Source: Perkinsus chesapeaki ATCC PRA-425 (taxonomy: Eukaryota > Protista > Perkinsozoa). Taken from it: a DNA stretch of 52,374 nt. Of this stretch, positions 9,744-23,377 are shown one piece after another. The position numbers and the translations under genes are program-made. The stretch is taken from the NCBI GenBank assembly GCA_013115145.1, contig JAAPAO010000213.1:1-52374 (forward strand), in the 5' to 3' direction. The notes under the pieces are model-generated. The model made no database searches. It was not told the origin of the DNA and was given only the letters and a program-made list of their open reading frames with translations. Position 1 is the stretch's first letter. Every line of letters starts with the position of its first letter.

Positions 9744-12639
9744 ATGTCATCTGGAGGTGCGGCAGCCTCGAGCTCTCCAACTGCAGCATATGAACGATGG
9801 TTCAATAAATGTACTATAGATCAATTAAAGGATATAGCGCGGTAGTACTAGCTGGGAGGTAGATAGCGACCAATGGTTCAAGCGGTCAGGCATTTCCGTC
9901 TACGGGTTAGCGGTCGAAAACAGGAGCTCGTTCAACGGCTTATCAATTACATTACGGAGAACCCTCATGCTTGGCAAGACTTGCAGCGTACAGGAGGTAG
10001 GCAACGCGACAATGGGTTATGGTAATTGTTGGTAATAATAAGGTAATTCAGTATATGGTGGATTTAACACCAACAGCTATTCGCGTGGTGATATGTATTT
10101 TAGTCATGCTGAGAACGCTGCTCGGACGTTTGGAGGTAATAATTGAACAAAGGAGCGGTATGCAGTGATACATTACATAGCTTCCTCGTCGAGTATGCCA
10201 GAGCGAGGAGGGATGCCCGGACAACCTGTGAAGGATCCTGACCTAGAGGAAGTGTTTGAGGCGATGGACCCTTTCTGGGAGGCAGCACCGTCAGCGGTAG
10301 TAAAGGTACATGGGGGGTTAGACAACCGAGGGAATACTGCTTCCTCTTATTGCTGGGCATGATAGTCTTACCTGCCTCTTGTGGTTTGATGAAGAGCGGG
10401 TCTGTTCAGGTGAATAGTAGGGCGGTACTTGGTATGTGGAGATTGTGTTACGGTAAATTCTATTGTGAGCTAAATACAAAGCATATTAAAGAATGGAGAC
10501 GACAGGGAGCACGAGTGTATGCCAGGATGATACGCTGTCCAGCAAAGAGGTAGGGCTACAAATCGGCCATAGTGGTAATAACGGTGATTTAGTCGCATGA
10601 AGCTGAGCAGTGAGCGTATTGCTCATCAATGGCCATATACTCTAGAAGTCCGAATTAACAATAGCGAGGCGATTAAGGTGAGGTTTCTGTAGGAGGCGCC
10701 TCTAGTAAATATGGCGTATCTTTCAGATTGATCCCCCTAAGTACTTGAAGGTCCGCCGAGATGAGCCCATTGATGTTACCACTTGTTTAAGCTCTCATGA
10801 AGAAGTGAATCGTATTGTGGTAGGAGGTAGTTGGCATGGGCAGGGGTGCTATGCGTGTCAGGTGTCATCGGCGCCTTCGCCCAAAGGAGAGGACAGACCG
10901 GAAGACTTTGTCTTGGCTTTGGTTTTATGCATCCGTCGGAGCACTGATGAATTGGTCGACTCGGTAAGTTTGGTGGTGAGAGAGCGGTAGGAAGGTTTGT
11001 TGGTCAGGTTCCAGTTGCTGATAGCATCGAATGTAAGGAGAGGATAGGTCGGGTGTTAAACAAGGAAAGGGGCGATGATGATGTACTAATAGAGGGGAGT
11101 AAAGAGGAGCTTGAGGGCAATACAAGGTGCTTCATACCGTCTTTTCCTCATCGTTATGTTAATTATAGGATATTACCATTGACTTGCCCTTTGTCCATGT
11201 GCCCTATGATGAGACCGGCTCGGGGTAGGCATTGCACTCACATGCAGGTAATCAGTAGCATGCCCATCGGTAATAGGGAATTGGTCGTATTAGTGCTTCG
11301 ATTTGGAGATGTTTATTGGTACACAACCGAAGATGTCGGCCTTCAATAACCGATGGAAGTGTGGTGTATGCTCCAAGGTGGTTCGACCAGAGGATCTAGT
11401 GGTGGATGGCTTCGTACTGGATGTTATAAAGGCAACTGCAGATGCCTCTGGGGTACCTACGTGCGATTCGGTGAGAGAGCGGTATGGAAATAGGGTAGAG
11501 TTTGTATAGGTTCACTTGGATAAGAGAACTCTGGATTGGGCAGTGGACCCGTCTGATTATGCTTCTGGTGATGATGATGATTATAATGAGACGGATGACA
11601 ATGGAGAGCAACTAGTGACGAAAAATGAGGATGAGGTGATATAAGGGGTGGCTAGTGAATGAAGGATGAAGAGGTATATCACACTCCCTCATTGCTGCTG
11701 CATTGCACTGTACACAGATGAATGTTTGATAACATAACCACCTATATAAACAGCTTTAGTGGTGGTACCAGTAGTACTATTCATCAATGAAGGGGTTGTT
11801 AGTCACGACGACGACATCGAGTGACGACGATTTTATTGTGTGTTCAGGATGGCGGCTCTACCACAGCCCCAGCCACTAGTCTTGGCTCCTCCTCCTCCTC
11901 CGCTGCTGCCCGGGCTACTGATAATGCCCTCGTGGATCTACTAGATGGAAGTAGTAGTTCTAGTGATGATGAGGTGCCTTTGTTACCGAACCCACGATAT
12001 CCCGTAGGCGTCACAGCTGCTTACTATGTTGCTTGTATTATTGGCTTTGTCAGCTCTTGTCCGCCCCTCATCACGGCCCTGTCGGTGGGGTAATGCAGCA
12101 TGGTCCCCCACCTTCAGTAGAGGACATGCTTGAGGAGCGTTTAAAGGTAACGGCTCACGATGGTAGCGTGCCGTCATCATCCTCGGCATCAACATCGGCA
12201 GAGAAGGATTGGTATATGGAGGAGGTAAGAGCCTCATCTAGAGCTAGCTGGTGGAAAGCTCATCAGTGCCCTATTCTACCACCTACATCTGCGAATGGTG
12301 TGCCACCGCCTTTGATGGAAGGGCGATACTACCCTGCTAGTGGCGTGCTGCCATCACCGAGGAAGGCCGATCAAGAACAGTATAGCATGGCGTTACTGAG
12401 GCAAGCGTATAAGCCATATGAGGAGGCTGAAAAGGAGAGGCATAGGAAGAGACGTCTAAGGAAGAACGGCGAGTCTGATGAGGAAAGCAAGAAAGCGAGG
12501 CGACGGAAGCGGCATGGGCGGTAGGAGGGCCAGGGGAACTGATTAGAAGAACGATGTACCTTTCAGAGGGGCAATACCTCGTGGACCGGTCGGGAAGGTG
12601 ATCTCGGGCGGAGTAATTGATATATGCGACAGCGACTAG
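9744..12639 (+). CDS. SIZ1: SIZ/PIAS-family SUMO E3 ligase (multi-exon)
   Basis: SAP domain (DQLKDIARAFRLRVSGRKQELVQRL), PINIT-like region (QWPYTLEVRINN...RRDEPIDVT) and SP-RING zinc finger (LTCPLSMCPMMRPARGRHCTHMQ...WKCGVCSK). Candidate SIMs are LVDLLDGSSSSSDDE and the terminal VIDICDSD*. Confidence 0.85.
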
Positions 12640-12854
12640 GATGGAACCTTGCCTTAGCACCGGCAGCTAACTGCTGCTGGTTGGGGTTGGAAGGCATTGT
12701 GCATACGGAAACTATTTGTAATATTGGTCGTTCAATAGGCAGCGATGATGCCACATACGTAAGAGATAGTAGAGCTTCTACCACATCATTGGTATTGTGT
12801 TGTGGAGGAAGATGGCCACCCTTGGGGCTTTTGTCAAAACAAGTTTATGAAGCA

Positions 12855-13144
12855 ATGTCATCTTCTTCAAAGAGCCGGCGAAAGAGGAGGGAAAGAGATG
12901 CGTCTGGTAGGGACTCGGGTTCGATGCCTGCTCATGTCATCTTTCCGTGTTCTAGAGAGGCCCAGTAGGGAGGCACGGGAAAGGCCGAACCGCGTTAGGG
13001 AGCTTCCTGTGAAGCAGAAGCAGGCTGTGAAGAAGAATAGAGTAAGTGCCTGATCAGAGGATTGAGGGAAGACCGAACATTGGTGGCAATTGCGGCCAGT
13101 TAGTAGCCCATCGAGAGAAGGCACTAGACGTAGACAGTAGTTGA
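12855..13144 (+). CDS. Small basic spliced ORF (possibly 5' exons of the downstream ankyrin gene)
   Basis: Two GT-AG introns join in frame to give MSSSSKSRRKRRERDASERPSREARERPNRVRELPVKQKQAVKKNRLVAHREKALDVDSS*. No homology recognised. Confidence 0.35.
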
Positions 13145-13449
13145 TAGATGTCTTCTGTACACATACTGTCGTACATGTTGATACAGTATTACTTCATACA
13201 TGTATATGAAGGGGATTGTCAGGACAATGAGGGATATCTAGTGCTAGTCCTAAGAAGCTACTCAACTACACCCATCCACAGAATTATATCACATACAGTC
13301 TTTTATTCAATAGAATGAGTTCAATGCTCACTTTATGTTAGGCCAGTCAATTGTTACCAAGTTAACCTTGCTATTTATGTTCTTTCTGATTATCGTTTTT
13401 TTAGCGGCTTTGAAGTTCAAAGGAGTTTGAATGACGCTTGATGTAAGGT

Positions 13450-16350
13450 TCAATCAGCACGTGGAGCTGGGCCGGCGGCATCCCCGCCATCCTCCTCTCC
13501 GGGACCAGCTAAAGCTAGAGGACGATGGAGCCGTTTTGTTATAGAAGGCTTCAATCTACTAGGCGAAGTTATGATATCTGACAACTATGGTGGAGCAGCC
13601 TTTGATGCGATGGCAGAAGCTGCGCGACTGGAAAAGATCAAAGTTGGGAGGCAAAAAGTAATGTTAGTGGGCTGGATGGGAATACATGTCGCAAGCATCC
13701 GGTCGGGGATGAGGGAGGAGGATTTCGATAGTGTAGGATACGGGAGGATTAGGGGAAGGGGTTATTTTGAGGAGTTGAGTAGGGCAATCTCGTGGGCTGC
13801 TGCTGTTGCGTAGTAGTAGGCTAGTTGGCATGTAGGGAGATGATCGATTTATAGGTGAATGCAAGTTGTGTGCGGGAGCTGCTGCGTTAAGGATGAATTG
13901 ATAATTATATTATTAATAATATTGCAACATTTTAGTGCTCTCTGATCAGGTTCTTAAAGGTTTATTAATGAGTAACACTACTTGGATTAATGATCAAGTT
14001 ATATGTACCACATCTACCAATAAGGCCCGGGATGTCTCCTGTAACTGCCGTCATCACACCGCACTCCTTACCGTACAGCAGTCCTTCCTTCCCTCAGCAC
14101 CGGAATACGACTATATAACTTCTGCTCAGGAGGACAGGCTAGTTGATATAACCAAGCCGAGGTGCTCTAAAGCGTCATCGTTCACCCGTCTGCTCGACTG
14201 TAACTGTTTCTCAGACACGCAGTGATATCGGTCGATTACGGTGGCTCCATCGGTCTCATGACCCGTCCAGCTCTGGCGAGGGCCCCCGGGGCTGTAAACG
14301 GTTTAGCAAGTCCAATGTCTCCTGTTAGTGGTAATGCGTTAACCATTCAGCGTGTAGCTAAGGCGTAGCTAGGTTACTCTGCACCAAGCCCTCGGGATGC
14401 AGGAATGCAGGAGGTGGGCGGCAGGTTCATGCGTTATTGGCAAGGAGCTGTGACAGGAGACACAGCGCTTCACATGGCTGTCAGGTAGAGTAGAGGGTAT
14501 GGATGGTGTTGGCTGCAGCAGCAGGTGCTGCTGTTGTTATTAGGGCACATGACAGGCTGTTAGTGGCGGCATTACTTTTGATGGGTGCCGATATTGATGC
14601 TCGGAATGGTCAAGGGGTTATACCCGAGAACGCGCTCAAGTTCAATCCAGCGGATCGACTCGATGCTGGCTTGAGGATGGGCAGCCTGGTAGAAGTACTA
14701 GCAGTCATTATTGTTATCGCTTAGTTCAGGATCCTCGTATCGGTGGGCGCGGGTATCTAGAGGGTCTGTACCTGCGGGTTGCTAAGCCTGGTACTACAGA
14801 GGAGCCCTTCACTACCTTCGACTCTAGTGCTACTACACAAAGCGTAGGACAGACATGGTGTGTAGTGGAGGAGATGATAGATGCAGGCTAATGCATTTGA
14901 AGCTGCAGCAGCAGCGGCCGCACGCGTAGATTCATTGGTCACGGAGGGCACCTTGTGGCAGGAGGAAATCCTTATGAGCATTCGTAAGTGGTCCCGTTAC
15001 GTGTCATACGGTATCGGTGGTGATGCTGCTGCTGCTCAGAGCGGTTTAGTGCGTACAATAAAGCTCCTATGGATGCAGCACAGCTAGAGATTGGCAGTGA
15101 TATAATAGCGTCACTTTGCAGACGGGTAATAGATTGGCGGGTATTGTATGCATTTGTAGCTGCAGCTGTTTTGTTGTTGTATAGGGAGCTGTGGAGGGCG
15201 CCCTATCCAGCAGTGGACCGCGGTTTAAGTGGCTTGTTCTAGCAAGTGAGGCGAATGCTATTCGGATGCAGGCAGTGAAACGGGGAAGGCCACGCCGAGA
15301 CGAGTTCGTCACAAAGCCTAATGTGTGGTCAGAAACACGAGTGTGGATGGGGAAGTGAGCTGGGTCGGGGAATGGGGGCCTTGGGGGAAGAAGGCATCTT
15401 ACATAGGCATGAGGAGATATACCCTGGTGGCCCGTCACGGTTACTCAGCCTGCCGGAAGCCGCCGAACACATTGCTGTTGCTGAGCGATCCGGAGGGCTT
15501 GGGGTGCTATGGGGCGGACATAGCAGGTCGGGTGGTATAGCACCACAAGCACCACAGAATAGGGATGCTCCATTGACCCATCCAACGCAGAGGATGCTAA
15601 GGCTCATGATGGAGGAAGAGAAAAAGGCTGCAGCAACCAAGGTAAGGAGGATCAATGTAAAGGGGGAGAAATACTTGGTGTTAATGGTAGTCAGTTGATA
15701 TAATTAGTGAAGGTGATGGTGACACGAAGCAGCGTCACCATCACCATGTCACGGAGAGTGATATACTCCCTGCTGAGGGGGAAATGCTACGATATCGCGG
15801 TATAAGATTTGGGAACGCAAGATCGTAAGGGGTGATGGTGACTTTAAAGGAGGATTCTCTGCCTATTATTAGGACTCTCTTCCAGTCTAGTAACCTCGAG
15901 ATTGTTAATGGTGACTCATTGCTTCATGTAGCAATAAGGATGAAGAACTTCTATTTAATAAGGTAGGCTTGCCTCCTCAGTCAGGGAGGCTCAGGATTGA
16001 CGCTAGATTAGCTCCCCGAGGGAACGCGTCTGTCCGGGAGAGTATTCTCTTCCGGCTTATCTAATGTATCTTCATCGCATTAGGCAGCCTCGAATAACAC
16101 ATTCTTGCGCTACTACGTGGCTTCCGGGCTGCCTGGTTACCAAGCTGCTGTTGAGTGTACTGGGGCAGGTTCTTGCTGGCATGTGCTGCGGCTAGGGGCC
16201 GAATGCGAGCGGTTATGGGCTTGAAAAATAGTGAGGTAGCCTTATCGTTATCTGAAGATTCGTAGAAGGTCGGAATGCTGTCCTAGGGCGTGACGTGTAA
16301 GAAGTTATCGGAGACAGTGGGGCTGGGCCGCCTGGGTGAGATGTGTCCCA
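13450..16350 (+). CDS. Ankyrin repeat-containing protein (multi-exon, ends uncertain)
   Basis: TGDTALHMAVR...VAALLLMGADIDARNGQGVIP (about 14450-14630) and a second repeat NGDSLLHVAIR (about 15907-15940). Intervening exons are fragmented by introns. Confidence 0.55.
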
Positions 16351-16814
16351 AATTGAAGAAAGCAAAGAAGCATAAGAAAGGTCTTCCCATAATAGAATTC
16401 ATTCTCAGTAACATACCCACCCACGACACCTTTGGCGATTGGTAGTAGCGTTGGGTCCTCCTTTTTAGGCGTTCTGAGGTTTGCTAGACCGCAGGGTAAG
16501 CAAAGCGGTAAACTGTCCCAGTTCCTCAGCCTTAAAAAGAAATATGGCACTTACCAGTATGTCGGGAAGGTATGACTGAGTTAAGTGACTTATTATTCTA
16601 GGATTAAGACGAAAAAGAAGAGATAGGTCGGTGGTCCAAGTAGTAGTAGAGGAAATTCAAAAGCAGTAACAGCAGCAGCAATGATGCAACATTACCATCA
16701 GATGTGTTACCTTTGTTGTCAACCCGCGGTCATCATCTTGTGTTATACCGAGGCGGTTATCTCCCTAGCAATTTTTATCTCTCTTCTTTGACCCTTTGCC
16801 ACCACCATTCGTTA

Positions 16815-19018
16815 ATGTTAGAAGCTCTCGTCCGGCCGGGGAATATCGGTGCTGCACTCTTCCTTGTGGCATGTGTGGCTATCAATCTGGGTATGATACT
16901 GCAGAAGTTGGCTACTGTGAAGTCTGGTATCATTGGTAAAGGCTTTTGGGCGGCATGTGGCTTCAGTATGGACTATTTAACTAGCGGGTAGGACCATGTT
17001 ATTACTACTACTAGGTGTCGCTATCATCTATCAATTACAATTATTCTTACCTGTGCTGTCTTCTATATCCTATATAGAAGCTTGAGTTATGGGTCACTGC
17101 CGTCGGAGAGGGAGTAGTATACTGTACAAGTTCCCTTCCCGCCTTTGCGCCAACCGTCGATGTGGTCCGGTAGTTGTGTTTCGTGTTTAGGTATCTTTGG
17201 CTCGGTTTGGCATTGTACACCTTGGGTCAGTACGGATGCCTCCATGCTTTGGCACTTGCACCACACTTTACTAGCGCATCTCTCAACGCCATTATAATAC
17301 TCAGTAACTCCCTCTTAGCACCATTGGTGCTCGGGGAGAAGCATCGGGGGTAGGAACTCCTCGACTTCCTTGCTATAGGCCTTTGATACAGGTGGTCGAT
17401 GCAGTGCACCTGGCTAATGGCAGCAGGGTCGACTGCTGTCCTTATGGCCGATGGTTCGACACTTATCATGCTGTTGGTCGATGATGGCAGTACGCCTTAT
17501 GCTGTAAAGGAGCATGTCTGGCAGAAGGAGTCCCAGCTGGAGTCGCAGTAAGCAGGACTCGTACGTACTGAATAACATGTGACGTTCAGTTTCGCGCAGC
17601 GTCCCTTTCTTGCCCTCATTGCTGTTATCTTCATAGTGGTCCTTGCTGCAGCGTTTCTGAAAATGTAAGTCCTTCGCCTCCTTCGATAATACGGTTTTTC
17701 TATCAGTTTGTCGATAACATCCTCTCGTGTGGACTGGGCACGGCACAGAATCGTAGATCTCCTGGTGCATGCTATACCGGCCGCTATGCTAGCCTCATTG
17801 GCTCTCCTCTTTGTGAGGTATCAACCTTCGTGTCTCATTATTGCTCTACCCTCCACACAGGTCTGTTGTCCATCTTGCTCTCACCTCTATCGCTCACCCA
17901 GAATCGATTTGGCTGCTAACTCGTCCGCAATGGGGTATACTGGCCGTAGGTGCCGCAGCTGGAACAGGAGGTCTCTTCCTGCTTAATCTCGGCCTTATAA
18001 GATTCAATGTATACCAACAAGCTTTTACTTGGTTAGATACCTTGTTTCCATTCAGACACTCTGGTTTCTACCGGTGTACTACTCCATGGCTGCAGTACTA
18101 CAGACAGTCGTGGCTGGGGTATACTTTGAAGGTAGGCGTATTCTGAATATATTATTTGTTATATACGAACTTAGATCTGATTGGATTACGTTATATTGAG
18201 GTACCCTAATTTAGTACTTGTAATTTTTCATTAATCATAGTATCATCGAGCTTCGTTACTCGTCCTACCAATCTCACCTGAAGTTGAGGTATAAAACCTT
18301 GCCATCGGCGTGAGCAATAGACTTTAGCGCCTAATGATACCTTCAGGGCACTGCTTGGATACCTGAAGCTTCACCTTCCCTCTGTGCTGCGTCCAGTCTG
18401 TATGATAAGTCTAATCGTTATCTTCCTTCAGAATTCCACCATCTGGGCATGTGGTCGATGGTGTCAATTGGTATTGGGGTGGTTCTGAATATAATAGCTG
18501 TGTGGATCCTCCTGAGGAGTGTAGACCAAGATGATGTCGTATCGTCACAGACTCATCATCGCTTGGAAAGGAGCCGTATATGCCCACGTGAGCGTCTACC
18601 TCAGCTTTACACAGAAGATGATGATGCTCAGTGGCTGCCATCAAAGGACCCGTCTAGTTTAACAGGTAGCTATCAGTGTACTTCAGGAAGATCTGTTACT
18701 GCAGCCGCTTCACTGTTCAAACTCGCTGGCCTTCGGCTATCTGAGTTATCACCGGATTCCTCGCTCCGGCTTGCACGGAATAGAGACCTTTCGGCGCCGT
18801 ATATGGTCGGAAATGAAGAGGTGGACTCCTCCATATGGTCATGGTCGGGGGCACCTTCGGAAGCTGCATCCATCCATGGGGAACAGTCAGACAATACCTC
18901 GGATGTCTCAACCAAGCGCTGGAAGAAGCAAGGTAGCAGCAGCATGATGGTCAGCACCGCCGCTGCCGCCACCCCTGGGGTTAGTATAGATTGTCTTCCG
19001 AGGCGCTCCAGTTTATAA
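16815..19018 (+). CDS. NIPA-type magnesium transporter (DMT superfamily), paralogue 1; 3' end uncertain
   Basis: INLGMILQKL, SNSLLAPLVLGEKH, NLGLIRF and PVYYSMAAVLQTVVAGVYF match paralogues 2 and 3 and the NIPA family pattern. Intron-rich. Confidence 0.75.
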
Positions 19019-19502
19019 GGTACTTGTATAAAAGTCCAAATAATAAATTCCCACGACACAATAGCTTCACACCCCTTGGAAGCCATAGTGTAGTTGATTG
19101 AGAGATCTTATTGGTGTCTATATTTCGGAAATTGGGGAATAGAAGTCCGTTAGTTCTGTTATCGATAATAGTGTCTTCATTGGCAGGCAAAGACGAGACT
19201 GTGATACATACAAGCACCGGTAGTGTGGTGACACCAGCAGTATCAGAGTGTCTAGGAGGATCCCCACGTGCCACAGCAGTACCAGCAGCAGCAGGAGCAG
19301 CAAAGGCTTCTAGATGGGGGATACCATTCAGGTTCCTGAGAATGAGGGAGATCAACAGGTGAGTTGTTCATGCCGAGGTGAAGCTATGAGCTCAACTCAG
19401 GACGGCTACGAACGGCGAAGTTGTTGGCTCTTCGTCGGAGAAGTCCCCTTGCCGAGCGGCTTGATATTTGTCACAAAGTGACTTCTTGTTCGACATGACC
19501 AT
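18673..19502 (-). CDS. Hypothetical membrane protein antisense to the NIPA1 3' tail
   Basis: ATG at 19502 with plausible exons, hydrophobic segments (LLLLLLVLLWHVGILLDTLILLV; GVAAAAVLTIMLLLPCFF) and a 137-codon open frame at 18673-19086. The exon chain is not resolved. Confidence 0.3.
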
Positions 19503-19594
19503 CTGTGCGCCTACCGTTAAATAATAGTTGTTGTTGTGTTGTTGGTTGTTGAGGTCCTGTCCCCTTTGCCAGTGTCTTGTATATAGTTCCTAAA

Positions 19595-20828
19595 ATGGAG
19601 CACCTGGCGCTTGCTTACGTCTATGCCACCATTCCACGCTGGATTTTCGGTGCTTTGCTCTGCCTGGCCAGCTGCGTTATCATCAACTTGGGCATGGTCA
19701 TCCAGAAGCGAAGCGTGAAGTTTTCCGCTGTCTCACGGCCGGTGTATCTCCAGCCTCAGTGGTTGAGTGGCTTCACAATATTCTTGCTTGGTCAAATTGT
19801 GTCTCTATGGTCCCTGAGTATGGCTCCGCAGTCGATGCTTTCCTCGCTAGGCAGCGTGTCTCTCGTCAGCAATTCCATATTGGCTCCATTGCTCCTCGGC
19901 GAGAAGCACACTGCAGTTTCGCTCTATTCTACTGGTGTCCTACTGGCTGGCAGTCTCCTTGTGGTATCCTGTTCGAGCCATCAGTCCCAAGAGTATAGCC
20001 CCGCCGCACTAATGGACTTGTTCATAAGACCGCAGTTCCTAGCGCTCACCACCGTTATAGTGCTTTCGCTAGGATACCTTGTTTTGAGGAGGCTCCGGAA
20101 GGGTCAGTTGGAGTCTGTGTACTTCGGGACCCTGAGTGCTCTATTAGGGGCGCTATCGGTGCTCTTTGCCAAGTGTGTGTCTATATTGGTTCTAGGTGGC
20201 AATGCATTAAAACCAGTAGACACTACTATGAGACTGGCATACATCCTACTGTTGCTTCTCAATATTACCTTTTCCATTTTGAGTGTATACGTCATGAACT
20301 TGGGAATCATAAGATATCGAGTAAGTATTCAACCCTCAATAATTCTTCCAGAGTTGTCCATCATTAGGCGCTTGATATACTGCCGGTATACTACTCGTTA
20401 GCGGTAGTCTTCCAGACCATCACAGGAGGCATCCTTTTCCAAGGTCGGTTGGCATTCACTCGCATCACTGATCGTCTCCCCTTTTAGAGTTCGTCCAGCT
20501 ATCATTCGGGCAGTGCCTTGGCTTGACATTGGGTGTCCTACTAACGTGTGCCGGTGTGCAGACGATAGCCTCTGGCTCACCCGGTGATGCAAGCGGCGGT
20601 GTGACATCCGCCGCACGAGAGCCTCTTCTTGGCCATGTTCCCCAGAGGCGGTCATATTCAGAAAGCCTTGGGGAGGGCAAGCCTGATGCATACACGATAA
20701 TCGCCGATAGCTGTGGTCAATCGCTCCGACGTGAAGGTTATAGTGCCATTCCCGTACCAGCTTCTGATGGCCCATCATTAGCATGCCTTGAGTTCAGACT
20801 TGCAGCACGTAGCAAATCGTCTATGTGA
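19595..20828 (+). CDS. NIPA-type magnesium transporter, paralogue 2
   Basis: A long first exon with multiple TM helices (INLGMVIQKR, APQSMLSSLGSVSLVSNSILAPLLLGEK, SVLFAKC), then two short introns and PVYYSLAVVFQTITGGILF. Confidence 0.88.
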
Positions 20829-21156
20829 TGATGCCTACACTTACACCTTTTACCTATGGTTTACTACTAGTCCGAAAGTTGCCTCTTCGGTCCTTCCTGA
20901 GTATCTCGAAATTGATATCGAACCTTGCTCGTCTAGTCCATCTACGGCTCAGTGTATCCCAGTGTACCATTCTAGAGTTCGTCTTGTGTACGTTTTATCC
21001 TATATCATTTAAAGGTGTATCGCTGCTCTGCGTTCAGCAGAAAGTGAAGTCTTATAATAGTGATCACGACGTTGATGATGCCTTCACTGTTGTGTTTACT
21101 TATCAGGGCTCCGTGCTGGTTGCCTACACAGTGATTTCTATTGTGCCCTTTTTTAA

Positions 21157-23377
21157 ATGGGTCTACAAGAGTGGCAGGTCGGGGTGGGACTGTGTCTTGC
21201 TGCATGTGTGATATCTAATATGGGTATGGTTGTCCAAAAGCTCAGCGTATATAGATACGAGGAGTATGCACGCTCAAATGGTAGCAGCCCTTCTCTTGAG
21301 GAGGGCGATGAGAGCGGCGCCTCCGCAGCCCGACCACCCGATGAGTCGGCCTCATTGTCGGACGGTCTTTTGCCCAAGGAGAGTATGTTGGTGCCAGTCT
21401 ATCGGCAACCACTGTGGTTGCTTGGATTTGCGGTTTTCCTCTCTGGACAATTGATATCTATGTGGGCACTGGGAATGGCTCCCCAGTCTATGCTGTCTTC
21501 GCTAGGGAGCTTTAGCTTAGTTAGCAACTCCTTCCTAGCACCCCTTATACTCAATGAACAACATAATTCAATGTCAATTTATGCTACAGTTTTACTGGTC
21601 GCTGGTAGCGTAATGGTTGTTTTGTTTTCGCAGCACAGTGATGAAGAGAATACTCCAGAGGAGCTCGCTCGTAATCTGAGGGGCTTCCCTTTCATTATTA
21701 TGATGATCACTATAGCTGCCTTGCTTGTTGGTCTAGCCACACGAGCGTATAGATTGCGGAAGATTCAGCAGATGTTAGAGCCCATATACTTTGGTATGGT
21801 GTCTGCTCTCCTCGGTGCTCTATCGGTACTCTTTGCTAAATGTGTGTCTACTCTCCTCCATACCCTAGTATCTAAGCATGATGATGAAAGTGACGGTATT
21901 GGCATAGCCACTGGAACAGCTATATTAATATTCACTCTGAGTGCACTATGCTCCTTGATGAGTGTTTACTTTATGAATTTGGGCCTCATTTGCTTCAAGG
22001 TAACAACTACCTTGTGTAGTATTATGAAAAGTATGTTTCCTATTAGGCTCTCTATATCTTGCCGGTATACTACTCCTTGGCTATAGTCTTCCAGACTATA
22101 ACAGGGGGTGTATTCTTCAAAGGTACGTGCTCATTTGGCTGTCCCTCGTTCGATCCCATTCCCTCAGAGTTTTCCGAGTTCACAGTTGCACAGGCGCTTG
22201 GCTTCAGTGGAGGGGTTTTGCTTACAGTGGCGGGCGTGTGGGTCCTAACCACAGCAGACCTGGCTAGCACCTGTCCCGAGGAGACCAGCTCGAGCGAAGA
22301 GGGCACCAGCTGTGTGGAGGAGTATCCACGAAGGGCAGTTGTGGAGGTTGTAGAGAATGAAGATGGAACAGCAGCCGACTTGGAATCTGGGTGAGCCAGA
22401 AGACGTTTATAAACGTGGTTTATAAATTGTATTGCTGCCTTAGCGCCGCAAAAACATCGAGCATCGGCGTAGCGGCAGAAAGAGTTATTGATGTGAACGG
22501 ATCATTCCAGAATTATGCCCGGTCGAGAACCCTACCGGCGGCGGTGGTGCCGATAAGCTATAGTAATCCGAGCTTATATCGACCACATGAGAACTCTCCA
22601 GCAACATCATCATCCCCAAGGAATGGCGATCTAGTTCTAGATCTACCTCTCCACCATAGGGTAGGACGCTTTGTGACAAGTAACTAATTTATATTTAGGT
22701 GCCTGCCAACAGCGCTCCTGTGACCCCCCGTGGAATTACCTACCAGTATCATCACGCTGGTACAGTTGGTACTGGTGGCGGAACATATAGGCATAGCGGG
22801 CCTCGGCATAGACTGAGTGTGCCGACACCACTGACGCCTGCTGAGCTCGCCAGGACTACGACGACTACGCTTCAGCATGCCATGGTGGGATATCTCTATG
22901 CTTGCCTGGTTTAAGGATCCACTTTTAGTTCGACACTACACCGAGTAACTGGGGCCTTCTTATGCGTGGTGGCATTCCAGAAGAAGAAAGGACTGGAGAT
23001 TGGACCTCTCGATCGCACCATAGACGCTCGATTCATCATGGATATCATCCGCTGGGCCACACCAATGTGGGGGCAATGACCACGACAGCTGCAGCAGCTG
23101 CGAGGGCTGCTATGGAGATGTCCTCAGTGACGTTGTTGGCTTCCCAGGTAGGGTAATCCTATCCCACTTTTCTAGGGATTTTGTTTGGCAGATGGTTGAC
23201 TGTGGAGCACGGCTAGATAGGGCTCATACATGCGACGATTTCTCTCCCCGAGCGGCGGGGGACAGAACCTCAAGGTCGCATCGTAGGCGGTCTATCGTGG
23301 AGCAACACGAGGAAAGGCGTCGGCGCAGCGAGGGCGTTAGAGATAGGTTCCACATCGAAGTTGAGAACGTACATTAG
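21157..23377 (+). CDS. NIPA-type magnesium transporter, paralogue 3, with long disordered C-terminal tail
   Basis: The core matches paralogue 2. After 22390, four GT-AG introns (22391-22443, 22661-22698, ending 22928, ending 23191) each preserve the frame and extend the protein to EVENVH* at 23377. Confidence 0.82.
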
